Source: Nitrospirota bacterium (GTDB lineage Bacteria > Nitrospirota > UBA9217). From it: a stretch of DNA of 64,000 nucleotides. Every line of letters starts with the position of its first letter. Position 1 is the stretch's first letter. Location: assembly GCA_043731355.1 (NCBI GenBank), contig JAYTJE010000079.1, positions 9,483 through 73,482 on the forward strand, written 5' to 3'. This document shows, one piece after another, positions 46,160-56,283 of this stretch. The position numbers and the translations under genes were made by a program. The notes beneath the pieces were generated by a model that saw only the letters and a list, made by a program, of their open reading frames with translations, searched no databases and was not told the origin of the DNA.

Positions 46160-47254
46160 TTACTCCAAAACCACCTTCACGCCATCGTTCAAGCCTGTTG
46201 CCTCCGGCGTGGTGATCACAAAGTCTCCTGGGGACAGACCTTTGGTCACCTGGGTTGAAACCCAGTTGGTCTCTCCGAGATCAATGGAGACCAGCTTCGC
46301 AACGGCTGTCGCTCCGGGCTTGAGCGCGCTCCCGGTCAAACGGAACACCTGTTTTTTGCCGGCCCGCTCGATGACCGCCTGGGATGGCACGGAAAGAACA
46401 TTGGGAAGCGTCGTGACCAGGATCTCGACATCAGCCGACATTCCCGGCTTGATCTTCGGGTATTTCCTGTCAAAATAGATCCAGACGTCGGCAGTACGGG
46501 TTTCGAGCTTTCCCCCGCTTATGATCGGCGATACCTGCCTGATCGCTCCCGGAAATTGCTCGCCAGGAAAGGCATCGACGGTTGTTGTGACAGGCTGTCC
46601 CAGCCGCAATCTTCCCACATCCACCTCGTCGATGGTGGCGAGAACATAGATCTTATCGGGATTGACCAGCGTTACGATCTGCTTTCCCGGCAATACCAGT
46701 TCCCCCACCTCGGCATACTTTTTCGATATCACTCCGTTAAATGGCGCCCGAATGACCGAATAATCGCCTTTTATCTTGCTATCCTCCGCAGCAGCTTCAT
46801 ACTGTGCTTTTGCGACCTCATAGGCCCTGCGGGCTCCATCGAGGTCCTGCTGGGCGACCATGCCTTTTTCAAACAGGTCCTTCATGCGATTGAGGTTTTT
46901 TTCGGATTCCACAAAGGTGGCCTTGCTCTGCGCCAGCGCATTCCCGGTCTGTACGGATTCCTCCGTCAAATCAAGTTGGGCAATGAGCGCTCCCGCTTTT
47001 ACCACGTCACCCTCTTTGAGCGGGAGCTTGATCACCCTGCCGGTACGCTGCGCCGAGAGCGTAACTTCGGTCTCGGACTTCACCGTTGAGGTCGTTGTTG
47101 CGTTCAGGATAACGCGCAGCTCACCGGGCTTCAGTTCAATGGCTTTTACCGACACTGGTTTCTTCCCGCTGAGGGCGATAAACAGGACAACAACCAACGC
47201 GATGACGCCGGTCCAAAACAGCTTGGTTTTCAGGATGCTTCCTAATTTTGACAT
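46160..47254 (-). CDS. HlyD/MacA-family periplasmic adaptor
   Basis: N-terminal TM helix, lipoyl-like and coiled-coil segments, and a beta-barrel domain. Confidence 0.85.
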   Translation of the reverse strand: MSKLGSILKTKLFWTGVIALVVVLFIALSGKKPVSVKAIELKPGELRVILNATTTSTVKSETEVTLSAQRTGRVIKLPLKEGDVVKAGALIAQLDLTEESVQTGNALAQSKATFVESEKNLNRMKDLFEKGMVAQQDLDGARRAYEVAKAQYEAAAEDSKIKGDYSVIRAPFNGVISKKYAEVGELVLPGKQIVTLVNPDKIYVLATIDEVDVGRLRLGQPVTTTVDAFPGEQFPGAIRQVSPIISGGKLETRTADVWIYFDRKYPKIKPGMSADVEILVTTLPNVLSVPSQAVIERAGKKQVFRLTGSALKPGATAVAKLVSIDLGETNWVSTQVTKGLSPGDFVITTPEATGLNDGVKVVLE

Positions 47255-47265
47255 TTTAGCGACCT

Positions 47266-47712
47266 CTACGATTCATTTGCATGGTACTCAAGGCGTTCTT
47301 TGATGGCCTTCATAAAGCCGCGGGTCAATTCTCCCAGTTTATCGGCAACGACCACCTCCTGGAGAAAGCTGAAGTGTCCGTTCACGTGGCCTTCCAGGTG
47401 GTAGGTGATCTCTGTTTCATCATCGGATATTTTTCTGAAGGTGGTTGTTCCGGTGGTTATGAGGTGTTCATGAGTTGCGGTCCATGCTATTTTCTCATAC
47501 TCGATCAGTTCGTCCGTATGGGCATGCATCTCAACCATTCGCGTGAAAGGGCCAAGCGACATTCTGATGTTCCAGATGGAATCGAGGTCGTTCAGGATCT
47601 CCACGCCCTTGCACCCGGGAAAAAGGCAGCCCACCTCTTTCCGGTCGATCATAAAGGACCATACGCTTCTGATCGGCAGCTTGACGGTAAAAGTGACCTC
47701 TCTCGTCGGCAT
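47266..47712 (-). CDS. SRPBCC (CoxG/polyketide-cyclase-like) protein
   Basis: 148 aa. An AGGAG ribosome-binding site lies 6 nt before the ATG at 47712. It sits inside the efflux operon. Confidence 0.55.
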   Translation of the reverse strand: MPTREVTFTVKLPIRSVWSFMIDRKEVGCLFPGCKGVEILNDLDSIWNIRMSLGPFTRMVEMHAHTDELIEYEKIAWTATHEHLITTGTTTFRKISDDETEITYHLEGHVNGHFSFLQEVVVADKLGELTRGFMKAIKERLEYHANES

Positions 47713-47756
47713 TATATTCTCCTGACACACCGTTCAATAAACCAGCCGTACCCCGT

Positions 47757-47790
47757 ATCTTGAATCTTGAATCTTAAATTTTAAATCTTG
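47757..47790. repeat. About five tandem copies of the heptamer ATCTTGA/ATCTTAA
   Basis: atcttgaatcttgaatcttaaattttaaatcttg, read directly from the sequence. Confidence 0.4.
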
Positions 47791-47792
47791 CT

Positions 47793-49094
47793 TTACGCTT
47801 CTACTCGTCCCATCGCTTTAAAGAACCGTGCCGCGGCAAGCTGGTAATCATAGAGCGCCTGAACGTGGTCGGTCTCGGCATTGACCGAAGCGACCTGTGC
47901 ATCGGTAATTTCGATATAGGCGCCGACGCCGGCGGCGTATCTGCCCTGGGCAAGTTCAAGGCTCTCGCCCGCTTTTTTGAGCAGGGACTCCATCACCGCT
48001 ATCCGGGCCGCCGCGCTTTCGATATCCGCGAAAGCCTGGTTTAATTCTATAAGGACCGATCGTCGAAAGGTCTGGCCCTGCGCCTCGAGAGCGCGCAGGT
48101 CCGCCCGGGCCTCGCCCACCTTCCCTTGCGTGAGCCCTCCCTCGAAAAGCGGCACAGACAGCAGTATGCCGGCATTCCAGTTGTCCTGGGTGTTTATCTG
48201 GATCGTGCCCATACTGGTGCTGCCGCTTGCCCAGTTGTACGAGCCGTGCGCGGAGAGCGTGGGAAAATAGTTCGCTTCTTCCGCACTGATCCTTGCGCGC
48301 GCAGCCTGAATATCAGCGTCGGCTTTCAGCAGCTCAGGACGGTTCTTGAGCGCTTCAGTCATTGCCTGTTCCATCGTGGGAATGGAAACCGGGGCCGAAA
48401 GGACATCCTCGAGCTCCACGTCCCCTCCCGGATCGATGCCCATGGCGTTATAGAGGCCGATCGTCCGGAGCCGGACATTATTCTTCGCATTGATCATGCT
48501 CAGTTTGGCGTTGTTCACTTCCACTTCAACCCTGGTCACTTCGAATCTCGGTTTGGACCCTGAGCGGAAAAAAGCTTCAGCCTGCTTCAGATGGCTCTCC
48601 GCCTGTTCTGAAGTTTTCCGCGACAGGAGCACGAGCTTCCGGGCGGCCAGGAGCGCATAATAAGCCTGCTTCACGTTGAGGACCGTATCCTGTACCACGC
48701 GCTGTTCATCAAATTCAGCCGCTCGCAAAGCCGAGCGCGCCGCGTCACGCGTATTTCCGGTCCTGCCGAAATCATACAGCACCTGGTTGACCGAAAGCGA
48801 GGTCGTGTTGCTCCGGGAGATGCTTTGCACCTGGCCGCCGACCCCATGACTTTCTTCATGGCCGGTGCTGGCGGTTATTCGCGGGAGATAGGGCGACGTA
48901 GCCTGCGTCATGCGCCCCTGACCGGCGTTCACATTCTCCCGTGCGGACGTGATCGCCGGCTGGTTCTTGAGCGCGGTTTCAATGCAGTTCCGGAGCGTAA
49001 GCGTAGTCGGTTCGGCACTCAGAGCTTGAAAGACCGCAAAGAGCTGGATCGCAATCAGACCGCCCAAAAAGCTTTTTATTCCCGGTTTTATCAT
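47793..49094 (-). CDS. TolC-family outer-membrane efflux protein
   Basis: Signal peptide and two OEP repeats. It is the first gene of the tolC-macA-macB operon. Confidence 0.8.
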   Translation of the reverse strand: MIKPGIKSFLGGLIAIQLFAVFQALSAEPTTLTLRNCIETALKNQPAITSARENVNAGQGRMTQATSPYLPRITASTGHEESHGVGGQVQSISRSNTTSLSVNQVLYDFGRTGNTRDAARSALRAAEFDEQRVVQDTVLNVKQAYYALLAARKLVLLSRKTSEQAESHLKQAEAFFRSGSKPRFEVTRVEVEVNNAKLSMINAKNNVRLRTIGLYNAMGIDPGGDVELEDVLSAPVSIPTMEQAMTEALKNRPELLKADADIQAARARISAEEANYFPTLSAHGSYNWASGSTSMGTIQINTQDNWNAGILLSVPLFEGGLTQGKVGEARADLRALEAQGQTFRRSVLIELNQAFADIESAAARIAVMESLLKKAGESLELAQGRYAAGVGAYIEITDAQVASVNAETDHVQALYDYQLAAARFFKAMGRVEA

Positions 49095-49144
49095 CGTTAG
49101 TAACTAAGAAGTCAAATTCCACACAAAATGACAGGAATATTTAC

Positions 49145-49237
49145 CACGAAGAGCACGAAGTTCACGAAGATTAAATACTGAGCTCATTCGTTAAAAAACA
49201 AGAAATTAATTCCTTCGTGCTCATCGTGTCCTTCGTG
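49145..49237. promoter_or_regulatory. Cluster of CACGAAG heptamers upstream of the tolC-like gene: three direct copies at 9-bp pitch plus two inverted copies
   Basis: CACGAAG at 49145, 49154 and 49163; CTTCGTG at 49213 and 49231. The cluster is 50-145 nt upstream of the ATG at 49094. Confidence 0.4.
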
Positions 49238-49268
49238 GTTGCAAGGTTTTGGTCCCGGCTTGTCCGGG

Positions 49269-49853
49269 TTAGGATAACCATTGCGTAAAAAAATTCATGG
49301 CCGCGCCCGATACGATCGGGATGGTAAAGTTATCATTGCCAATGGGGATTAGTTCGACGGCCGCAGCGGTCACGGCGCCTGCAACGATGACCACGGGAGG
49401 GACCCGCACCCCGGCCGCGGGCAGAAGGACCAGCCCAACGAACAATCCCGCCATGATGAAAGCCGCCGAGCCTTCGAGGCTCTTGGCCCCGATCTTGGTC
49501 TTTCCATATCGTTCTCCGATCGTTGTTGCCGCGACATCGCCGAAGGCGAGAAAGCAAATGGCCGCCGACGCAAGGTTCGCGGGAAAAGCGTAGAGGGACA
49601 AGCCTATGCCGAGGATATACGGCGCCGTGCCGGTAAGCTTCTGTTTTTCGTTGTTCCTGATAAAGCTGCCGAATTTTGTATAGACAAATTGGTTTATTGC
49701 AGGCAGTTTCAGCCGTGCAACGTCGAGGACTATGACGATAGTAAATAAAACGGCGTAGGTGAGGAGCGCCTGGTTCCTGCCCAGGACAAAATAAAGAGCA
49801 AGGAGCCCTGTTCCGCCGACAAGGTGATAAAATTTTCTTCCGAGGTGTTTCAT
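49269..49853 (-). CDS. Polytopic membrane protein of the dolichol-kinase / CTP-transferase (DGK1/Sec59-like) family
   Basis: Six TM helices and 'AFGDVAATTIGERYG'. Confidence 0.45.
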   Translation of the reverse strand: MKHLGRKFYHLVGGTGLLALYFVLGRNQALLTYAVLFTIVIVLDVARLKLPAINQFVYTKFGSFIRNNEKQKLTGTAPYILGIGLSLYAFPANLASAAICFLAFGDVAATTIGERYGKTKIGAKSLEGSAAFIMAGLFVGLVLLPAAGVRVPPVVIVAGAVTAAAVELIPIGNDNFTIPIVSGAAMNFFTQWLS

Positions 49854-50929
49854 AAACCTTGCCCCTCCGGGGGAATGCCCGAGCTCGATGAAAGCTCACG
49901 TGAATCTGGCGAAGGAAGCAGGCAGGTAAGCCGGCATTCGGCGTTCTCGTTGCATCGCTCACATTCAAGCTGGATGGTGCTGTGGCCAATTTTGAACTTA
50001 TTCGAAAGGAGCTCCCTGATCTCGTCAAGCAGTTCCCTGCTGCGGCTGACGAGCTGATCATCGATGATCACATGAGCGCTCATGGCATGGACCCCGGAGG
50101 TGATGGTCCATACATGGATGTGGTAGGCTTCACGGACCCCGGCAAGTTTCGCGATCTCGGTTGCCACCGTATCAATATCAATATGTGAGGGCACCGATTC
50201 AAGCAGGATGCTCACCGATTCTTTGACCAGCGCCCAGGCGCCGAAGATGATCACGAAGGATATTAGAATACTGAGGATCGGATCGATCAGGTACCAGCCG
50301 GTCTGGAGAATGATGATGCCTCCGACCACCACCCCGACCGAGGACAAGGCATCACCGATAATATGCAGGTAAGCGCTGCGAATGTTCAGGTTGGCATGGC
50401 TATGCTTGGTCAGGACCATCGCGCCGATGATGTTGGCGACCAGGCCGATGATGGCCACAACGAGCATGAGCGTCCCCTGCACCGGCTGCGGGTGCAGGAT
50501 GCGCAGGTATGCCTCGTAGATGATGTAGAGAGAGAGCAGAACGAGAATAACGCCGTTGATGAAAGCCGCCAGGATCTCGAGCCGGTAGAACCCGAAGGTC
50601 CTCCGGTCGGTGGCCGGCATGGTGGCGAACTTCATGGCGAAGAAGGACAACAGCAGCGCCAGGTTGTCGGTCAGCATATGTCCGGCGTCGGACAAGAGCG
50701 CCAGGCTGTTCGAAAGCAGTCCGCCGACTATTTCGGCGACCATCATCAGGACCGTGATGGCGAGCGCGATAAGCAGTCCCTGTCGTCCTCCGGCAGCCGC
50801 CGGATTCAGGCTGTGGGCGTGGCCATGGCCCTCCTCATGCCCGTGTTCATGATGTTCATGGTCATGCGCTTCATCATGGTCGTGATCATGCTGTTCGTGC
50901 TGCCCGCTCTGTCTCTGGGGGATGGTCAT
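49850..50929 (-). CDS. czcD: Cation diffusion facilitator (CzcD-like) with a His-rich N-terminus
   Basis: 'HDHDHDEAHDHEHHEHGHEEGHGHAHS', six TM helices, and 'LLSDAGHMLTD'. A Cys-rich C-terminal tail is present. Confidence 0.85.
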   Translation of the reverse strand: MTIPQRQSGQHEQHDHDHDEAHDHEHHEHGHEEGHGHAHSLNPAAAGGRQGLLIALAITVLMMVAEIVGGLLSNSLALLSDAGHMLTDNLALLLSFFAMKFATMPATDRRTFGFYRLEILAAFINGVILVLLSLYIIYEAYLRILHPQPVQGTLMLVVAIIGLVANIIGAMVLTKHSHANLNIRSAYLHIIGDALSSVGVVVGGIIILQTGWYLIDPILSILISFVIIFGAWALVKESVSILLESVPSHIDIDTVATEIAKLAGVREAYHIHVWTITSGVHAMSAHVIIDDQLVSRSRELLDEIRELLSNKFKIGHSTIQLECERCNENAECRLTCLLPSPDSRELSSSSGIPPEGQGL

Positions 50930-51035
50930 GGTTTAGCAAGCTCCGATTTCCGCAGATAAAAACTTAGGATTTTCAGGACGAAAGTCTTTTCTTTTACGGA
51001 TTTATCCTGTTATCCTGTCAAAGCATGTATTCGGG

Positions 51036-51854
51036 TCAGGGTTCGCTCCAGAACCTGAGTTCCTTGACCGGTTTCACAGCCCCGAGTTCCGCGGCATATC
51101 CGTAATAGGTCATCAGCCCTTTTTGCTCCTGAGGCCCGAAATCGAAGCTGAAGGAATTCCAGTATTCAAGCAGCATCGGCGCCGGTATTCCGAAACGGCC
51201 GGCGTGTTCCCGCGCCAGCTCCGGAAGATGCGAGAGCCCGTAGGCTTTCGATTCCCGAAGGATAGAATAGAGCGAAGAGAGGTCTTTATCAAGGTTTTTT
51301 TTGTAATTGATCTGCCAGAGGGCGAAAACGAACGGAAGACCGGTGAACTCGTGCCAGAGGCCGCCCAGGTCATATTCGTGGTCAAACCCCGCGACCCGCG
51401 GACGTTTCAGCGCATGATCGCCGATCAGGAGCACGGCGTCGGCCCGGTCATACGGGTTGTCCTTCCCCTGCACAAAGTGCGTATAGTCGGGACTGACGCG
51501 GTTTTTGAGCTCAAGCAATATCCTGAGCAGCACCACCGAGGTCGCCGAAGCGGTGGTCAGTGCAACCGTCTTTCCGTTCAGCTGGTCCAAGGGCAGGCGG
51601 CTCTGGAGAACGATGCTCATGGCGTTGTTCCTGGAGGTAATGGAAAAGCCGGGCATGATCAGATAGCGGCCGGGATGGGAGGCGAATTCGATGGATGATG
51701 ACGGCGATACATCCAGCCCGCCCTCGCTGAGGAGGCGGTTCAATTCCGTTGGAATGCCTTCCACGAGCGTAAAGGGGAATTTGACCTTGCCGGTGAGTAT
51801 CCCGGCATGGACGGGCACGGTGTTCGAATAGACGATATGGCCGAGTTTAAGCAT
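51036..51854 (-). CDS. mqnA: Futalosine-pathway menaquinone biosynthesis protein MqnA/MqnD family
   Basis: 'MLKLGHIVYSNTVP' N-terminus and a periplasmic-binding-protein-like fold. The track ORF extends to 51920. Confidence 0.55.
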   Translation of the reverse strand: MLKLGHIVYSNTVPVHAGILTGKVKFPFTLVEGIPTELNRLLSEGGLDVSPSSSIEFASHPGRYLIMPGFSITSRNNAMSIVLQSRLPLDQLNGKTVALTTASATSVVLLRILLELKNRVSPDYTHFVQGKDNPYDRADAVLLIGDHALKRPRVAGFDHEYDLGGLWHEFTGLPFVFALWQINYKKNLDKDLSSLYSILRESKAYGLSHLPELAREHAGRFGIPAPMLLEYWNSFSFDFGPQEQKGLMTYYGYAAELGAVKPVKELRFWSEP

Positions 51855-51879
51855 AAGATGATGATCGGGCAGAAGAAAA

Positions 51880-54800
51880 CTACCCGGTCTTCTTTTTGGT
51901 AAAGAAATTCTCCACATCATCCACGATCGTGTACACGACCGGGACCACGATCAGCGTGAGCAGCGTGGAAGTTATGAGTCCGCCGATAACGGCAATGGCC
52001 ATGGGGGCGCGGGTCTCCGCGCCTTCTCCGAGCTTTAATGCGGTCGGAAGCATGCCGAAGACCATGGCTGCCGTGGTCATGATGATCGGTCTGAGTCTGA
52101 CCGGTCCGGCCTTGAGCAGCGCTTCTTCACGGGTCATGCCGCGATGCCGGAGGGTGATCGTATAATCGACCAGCAGGATCGCATTCTTGGTCACCAGCCC
52201 CATGAGCATGATCACGCCGATGAGGCTGAAAATCTGTATGCGCTCCCCCGTAAGGAGCAGCAGCCCCATGGCCCCGATAAGGCTTACCGGCAGCGAGAAC
52301 ATGATCGTAAAGGGATGAACAAAGCTCTCGAATTGGGCCGCCAGGATCATGTAAACCATGATGACGGCAATGATCAGCGCAAAAGAAATGTTTTTGAACG
52401 AATCCAGCATCGCATCCGCCATGCCGACATAGCGGGTCGAAATATCCGCTGAAATGTTCTTTGCCACGATCGCGTTCAGCTCGTTCATTGCCTCGCCCAT
52501 GGGTTTGGTCTTGTCCGTGCCGGCAAAGATCGTGGCCGCCCGCTGTCGATTGTAATGCATGATGACCGTGGGACCCTTGCCGGACTGGATCGACGAGACC
52601 TCGTTCAGGCGCACCAGCTCTCCTGTTGAGGAACGGACCAGGAGCGCGTTGATGTCGGTCGGTTTGTCGCGTTCGTTGGCGAACAACCGAGCGGTTATAT
52701 CATAGCGTTCGCCCTCTTTTTCGTCCTTGTACTTTCCGACGATCTCGCCTCCGATCATGGTGTTGACCGTGCCGCCGATGGACGCCGCGCTCACACCGAG
52801 GTTGGCGGCCTTTTCACGATCGATCCTGATGCGCACTTCCGGTTTGCCGATCTCGATCGAGGTGTCGGCATCGACAATGCCGGGAAGCTTCGCGAACTCA
52901 TTCTTAATCGCCAGGGTCCGCTTGTTCAGATCTTCGAGCTCCCGCCCCTGGATCATCAGCTGGATCGGCGTTGAACGCATGCCGCCGCCGACCATGGCGA
53001 TCATCTCCACCGACGACTTAAACTCAGGCTGCGCGGAGAGCTTATCACGGACCTGTTTCATGGAATCGATCTGGATGATATGCCGGTCTTTCCGTTCCTT
53101 CAAGTTGACGTAGATCCTGCTTTTATTGACATCCGGCGTCAGGTCCGAGCCGGTGACATAGAAGGTGCTCGCTATCTCCGGTCTCTGACGAAGCTCTTCG
53201 TCGACCTTTTTCATGACCGAATCGGATCGGTTTAACGCATAGTCTATGGGAGTTTCAAGCCTCACCATATACCGTCCCTGGTCCTCGGCGGGCATGAATT
53301 CCTTGCCCAGTATGACGAAGAAAACCAGGCCAATGATGACACTGGCGGCGGCAAGAGCGATGACCTTCCAGCGGTTTCGCAAGGCCAGGGCAAGGAGCGG
53401 ATTGTACAGGCCGAAAACTGTATCGAACCCCTTTTCCAGGAACATATAGACCTTGCCATGCTTTTTCCGGTAGCTCAGAAAACGCGACGTCATCATGGGC
53501 GTGAGCGTCAGCGAGACAAAGAGCGAAATGAGGACGGCGATCGTCACGGTGATGCCGAACTCGAAGAAGAACTTCCCTACAATGCCCTTCATGAACGCAA
53601 CGGGTATGAAGACGGCAACAATGGACAAGGTGGTTGCCATGACCGCCAACCCGATCTCCGAAGCTCCCTCGCGGGATGCCTGCTCCGGCGCTTCCCCTTC
53701 TTCCATCCTCCGGTAGATATTCTCAAGCACCACGATCGAGTCGTCGATCAGGATGCCGATCGAGAGCGACAGCCCGAGCATGGTCATGATGTTCAGGGTA
53801 AAGCCGAAGGACTGAATGAACGCAAAGGTGGCAATGACCGACGTGGGCAGGGCGACAGCGCTGATCAGGGTGCTTCTGACGCTTCTGAGGAAAACAAAGA
53901 TGATCAGTATGGCCAGGATGGCGCCGAGCCAAAGAGATATCTCCACATCTTCGATGGACCGGCGGATGAATTTGGACTGGTCGAAGGTTATGTCGAGCCG
54001 CATCCCTTCCGGAGGCTTTATCTTTGCAACGGTCGCCTTCACCCGTTCGGCAACCGCAACGGTATTTTCACCGGACTGGCGCTTGACCGACAGGCCGACC
54101 GCGAGCTTGCCGTTGAAACGGGTAAGTGACCGTTCATCTTCAAGCCCGTCCTCGGCCTTTCCGATATCCCGCAGCTTGATCAGGCTGCCGTGGCGATAGG
54201 CGATCACCATGTCGTTGAAGGCCTCAGGCGTTTCGAATTCGCCCTTGGTTTTTACGATATATTCAGTCTGGGAATTTTCGACCCGTCCACCCGGGAGCTC
54301 GCGGTGCTCCCGCCCTAAAGCCGATTTGATATCATCGGCCGTCAGGGAAGCGGCGTTCATTTTTGCGGCGTCGATCCAGATGCGGACCTGACGGTTCCGT
54401 CCGCCGCTGATCGTAACCGACCCCACCCCGGAGATCTTTTCGATGTCGCGTTTGAGGACCTTGTCGGCGTAGTGGGTCAGTTCCTTGATCGTGCGGTCCC
54501 CGGAAACCGCGATCCAGACGATCGGCTGGTCATCGGGGCTTATCTTTTCAATGATCGGCGCATCGGTGTCTTTCGGCAGCCGGTTTCTGACAGCGGCGAC
54601 TTTGTCCCTGACATCCTGGGCCGCCTGTTCCAGATTCCGTTCGAGATAAAACTCCACGGTGACGATGGAGTATTCTTCCATGCTGCGCGACGTGATGGCC
54701 TTGACCCCGCTGATCGTGTTCACCGCTTCTTCCAGAACATCGGTGACGTCGACTTCCATGATCTCGGGGCTTGCGCCCACCAGCTTCGTGGTGATGTTCA

Positions 54801-54933
54801 CCACCGGGAAGTCGATCTTGGGAAAGAGATCGAGCGCGAGGCGCGGGAACGATACGATGCCGAATACGATCAGCGCGACGCCGATCATGGTGACGAAGAC
54901 GGGACGTTTGATCGCTATTTCAGGAAGACGCAT
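51880..54933 (-). CDS. RND efflux transporter (AcrB/CzcA superfamily)
   Basis: Twelve TM helices and two large periplasmic loops. The ATG at 54933 follows a GAGGG ribosome-binding site. Confidence 0.9.
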   Translation of the reverse strand: MRLPEIAIKRPVFVTMIGVALIVFGIVSFPRLALDLFPKIDFPVVNITTKLVGASPEIMEVDVTDVLEEAVNTISGVKAITSRSMEEYSIVTVEFYLERNLEQAAQDVRDKVAAVRNRLPKDTDAPIIEKISPDDQPIVWIAVSGDRTIKELTHYADKVLKRDIEKISGVGSVTISGGRNRQVRIWIDAAKMNAASLTADDIKSALGREHRELPGGRVENSQTEYIVKTKGEFETPEAFNDMVIAYRHGSLIKLRDIGKAEDGLEDERSLTRFNGKLAVGLSVKRQSGENTVAVAERVKATVAKIKPPEGMRLDITFDQSKFIRRSIEDVEISLWLGAILAILIIFVFLRSVRSTLISAVALPTSVIATFAFIQSFGFTLNIMTMLGLSLSIGILIDDSIVVLENIYRRMEEGEAPEQASREGASEIGLAVMATTLSIVAVFIPVAFMKGIVGKFFFEFGITVTIAVLISLFVSLTLTPMMTSRFLSYRKKHGKVYMFLEKGFDTVFGLYNPLLALALRNRWKVIALAAASVIIGLVFFVILGKEFMPAEDQGRYMVRLETPIDYALNRSDSVMKKVDEELRQRPEIASTFYVTGSDLTPDVNKSRIYVNLKERKDRHIIQIDSMKQVRDKLSAQPEFKSSVEMIAMVGGGMRSTPIQLMIQGRELEDLNKRTLAIKNEFAKLPGIVDADTSIEIGKPEVRIRIDREKAANLGVSAASIGGTVNTMIGGEIVGKYKDEKEGERYDITARLFANERDKPTDINALLVRSSTGELVRLNEVSSIQSGKGPTVIMHYNRQRAATIFAGTDKTKPMGEAMNELNAIVAKNISADISTRYVGMADAMLDSFKNISFALIIAVIMVYMILAAQFESFVHPFTIMFSLPVSLIGAMGLLLLTGERIQIFSLIGVIMLMGLVTKNAILLVDYTITLRHRGMTREEALLKAGPVRLRPIIMTTAAMVFGMLPTALKLGEGAETRAPMAIAVIGGLITSTLLTLIVVPVVYTIVDDVENFFTKKKTG

Positions 54934-56254
54934 GAGAGCCCTCGTTCGTGAGTTCCGGTTTGCCGAGCATACCGGTGCTTTTCTTAAGCCGCAGGATGGC
55001 GAGCTCTCGGTCATAGGTGGCGTTCATCAGCTCCAGTTCGGCCATGCTCAGACCTTGTTCCGCATCGATGAGCGACAAACTTGACACCAAACCCTCGGAA
55101 TAAAGTCCTTCAACAGCGGTAAAATTGTCTCTGGCATAGGACATCTGGAGCTTTGCGGCTTCCAGAACGGAAGCCACCGTCTGAAGGCCCACGTATGCGG
55201 CCAGCACGTCCGATTCAATGGATTGGCGAAGAAAGTCCGTGGAAAGCTCCGCCTGGCGCACTTTCGACCGGGCTTCCGACACTTCGGCCTTCATCAGGCC
55301 TCCTTCGAAGAGCGGTATCTGCAGCCGCAGGCCGCCGTAATAGGTTGTAGCATCCATGGGTGTGTTTGGCCGAGAGCCGAGATACTGGAGGCCTGCTTCG
55401 GCATAAAGCTGCGGATAGTGCGCGCCCTTCACGATCGTAACATACTCCGCCGCGATGCTCTTGTTCTGGTTCGATGCGGCATAGTCGTCACGGTTCTTCA
55501 AGGCCGAGGCTTTCAGTTCTTCAAGGCTCGCCGTCTGCTGGTCAAAAGGCCGGGGGTCCGCAAGCACGGCTTCGGGAGGCATCTTGGTGAAAAGGCCCAG
55601 TTTGTCCTTCGCCACCCTGACCCCGTCCTGGGCGCGGATAAGATTGATCTTCGCCTGACTCACCAGCATATTCACCCGGAGGAGCGCTGAACTGTTGGCC
55701 TTGGTGCTGCGGGTCGCCGCAACCCGCTCTGTAACTTTTCTGCTTCGCTCCATGCGTTCAAGAGACTGCTGACTGATGATGACCGATTTCTGGGCCTTGA
55801 GCACGCCGTAATAAGCCTCGGAAACCCTGAGCAGGACATCCTGTTTGGCGCCAGACAGGCCGCTGGCGCTTGCGCCCTTCATTTTTTGCGCGGTGCGCAG
55901 GGCCGCGAAGGTCCTGCCGCCGGTATAGAGCGGCTGGGTCAGGATGAGCGCTGCCCTGAACTGCTCAGTCGGCTGAAAATATGCGCCGCCGGTTGCGGGA
56001 AGCGTCTTGGGAAGCGTGTCGTTGTAGGCCGTATAAGCGGACTGTGCCACAAGGCGCGGGTAAAGATAGGTCCAGGCCTGGTCAATGCGGTCCTCCGACT
56101 GCAGAAGGCCTTCCTCGGCGATCTTCACTAATTCATTCGATTCAAGGGCGGCCTGGTATGCGTCATCGATCGTGTAGACCCTGTCCGCGGCGAAGGCGGT
56201 CATTGCAAGACATATCAGGAATACGGTGATAATGGCGGTTAGTACTTTTTTCAT
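54920..56254 (-). CDS. Outer-membrane efflux protein (TolC/OprM family)
   Basis: Signal peptide and two OEP repeats. Confidence 0.8.
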   Translation of the reverse strand: MKKVLTAIITVFLICLAMTAFAADRVYTIDDAYQAALESNELVKIAEEGLLQSEDRIDQAWTYLYPRLVAQSAYTAYNDTLPKTLPATGGAYFQPTEQFRAALILTQPLYTGGRTFAALRTAQKMKGASASGLSGAKQDVLLRVSEAYYGVLKAQKSVIISQQSLERMERSRKVTERVAATRSTKANSSALLRVNMLVSQAKINLIRAQDGVRVAKDKLGLFTKMPPEAVLADPRPFDQQTASLEELKASALKNRDDYAASNQNKSIAAEYVTIVKGAHYPQLYAEAGLQYLGSRPNTPMDATTYYGGLRLQIPLFEGGLMKAEVSEARSKVRQAELSTDFLRQSIESDVLAAYVGLQTVASVLEAAKLQMSYARDNFTAVEGLYSEGLVSSLSLIDAEQGLSMAELELMNATYDRELAILRLKKSTGMLGKPELTNEGSHASS

Positions 56255-56283
56255 AGAGAGGCATCCTTCCGGGGAGTCAGCGG

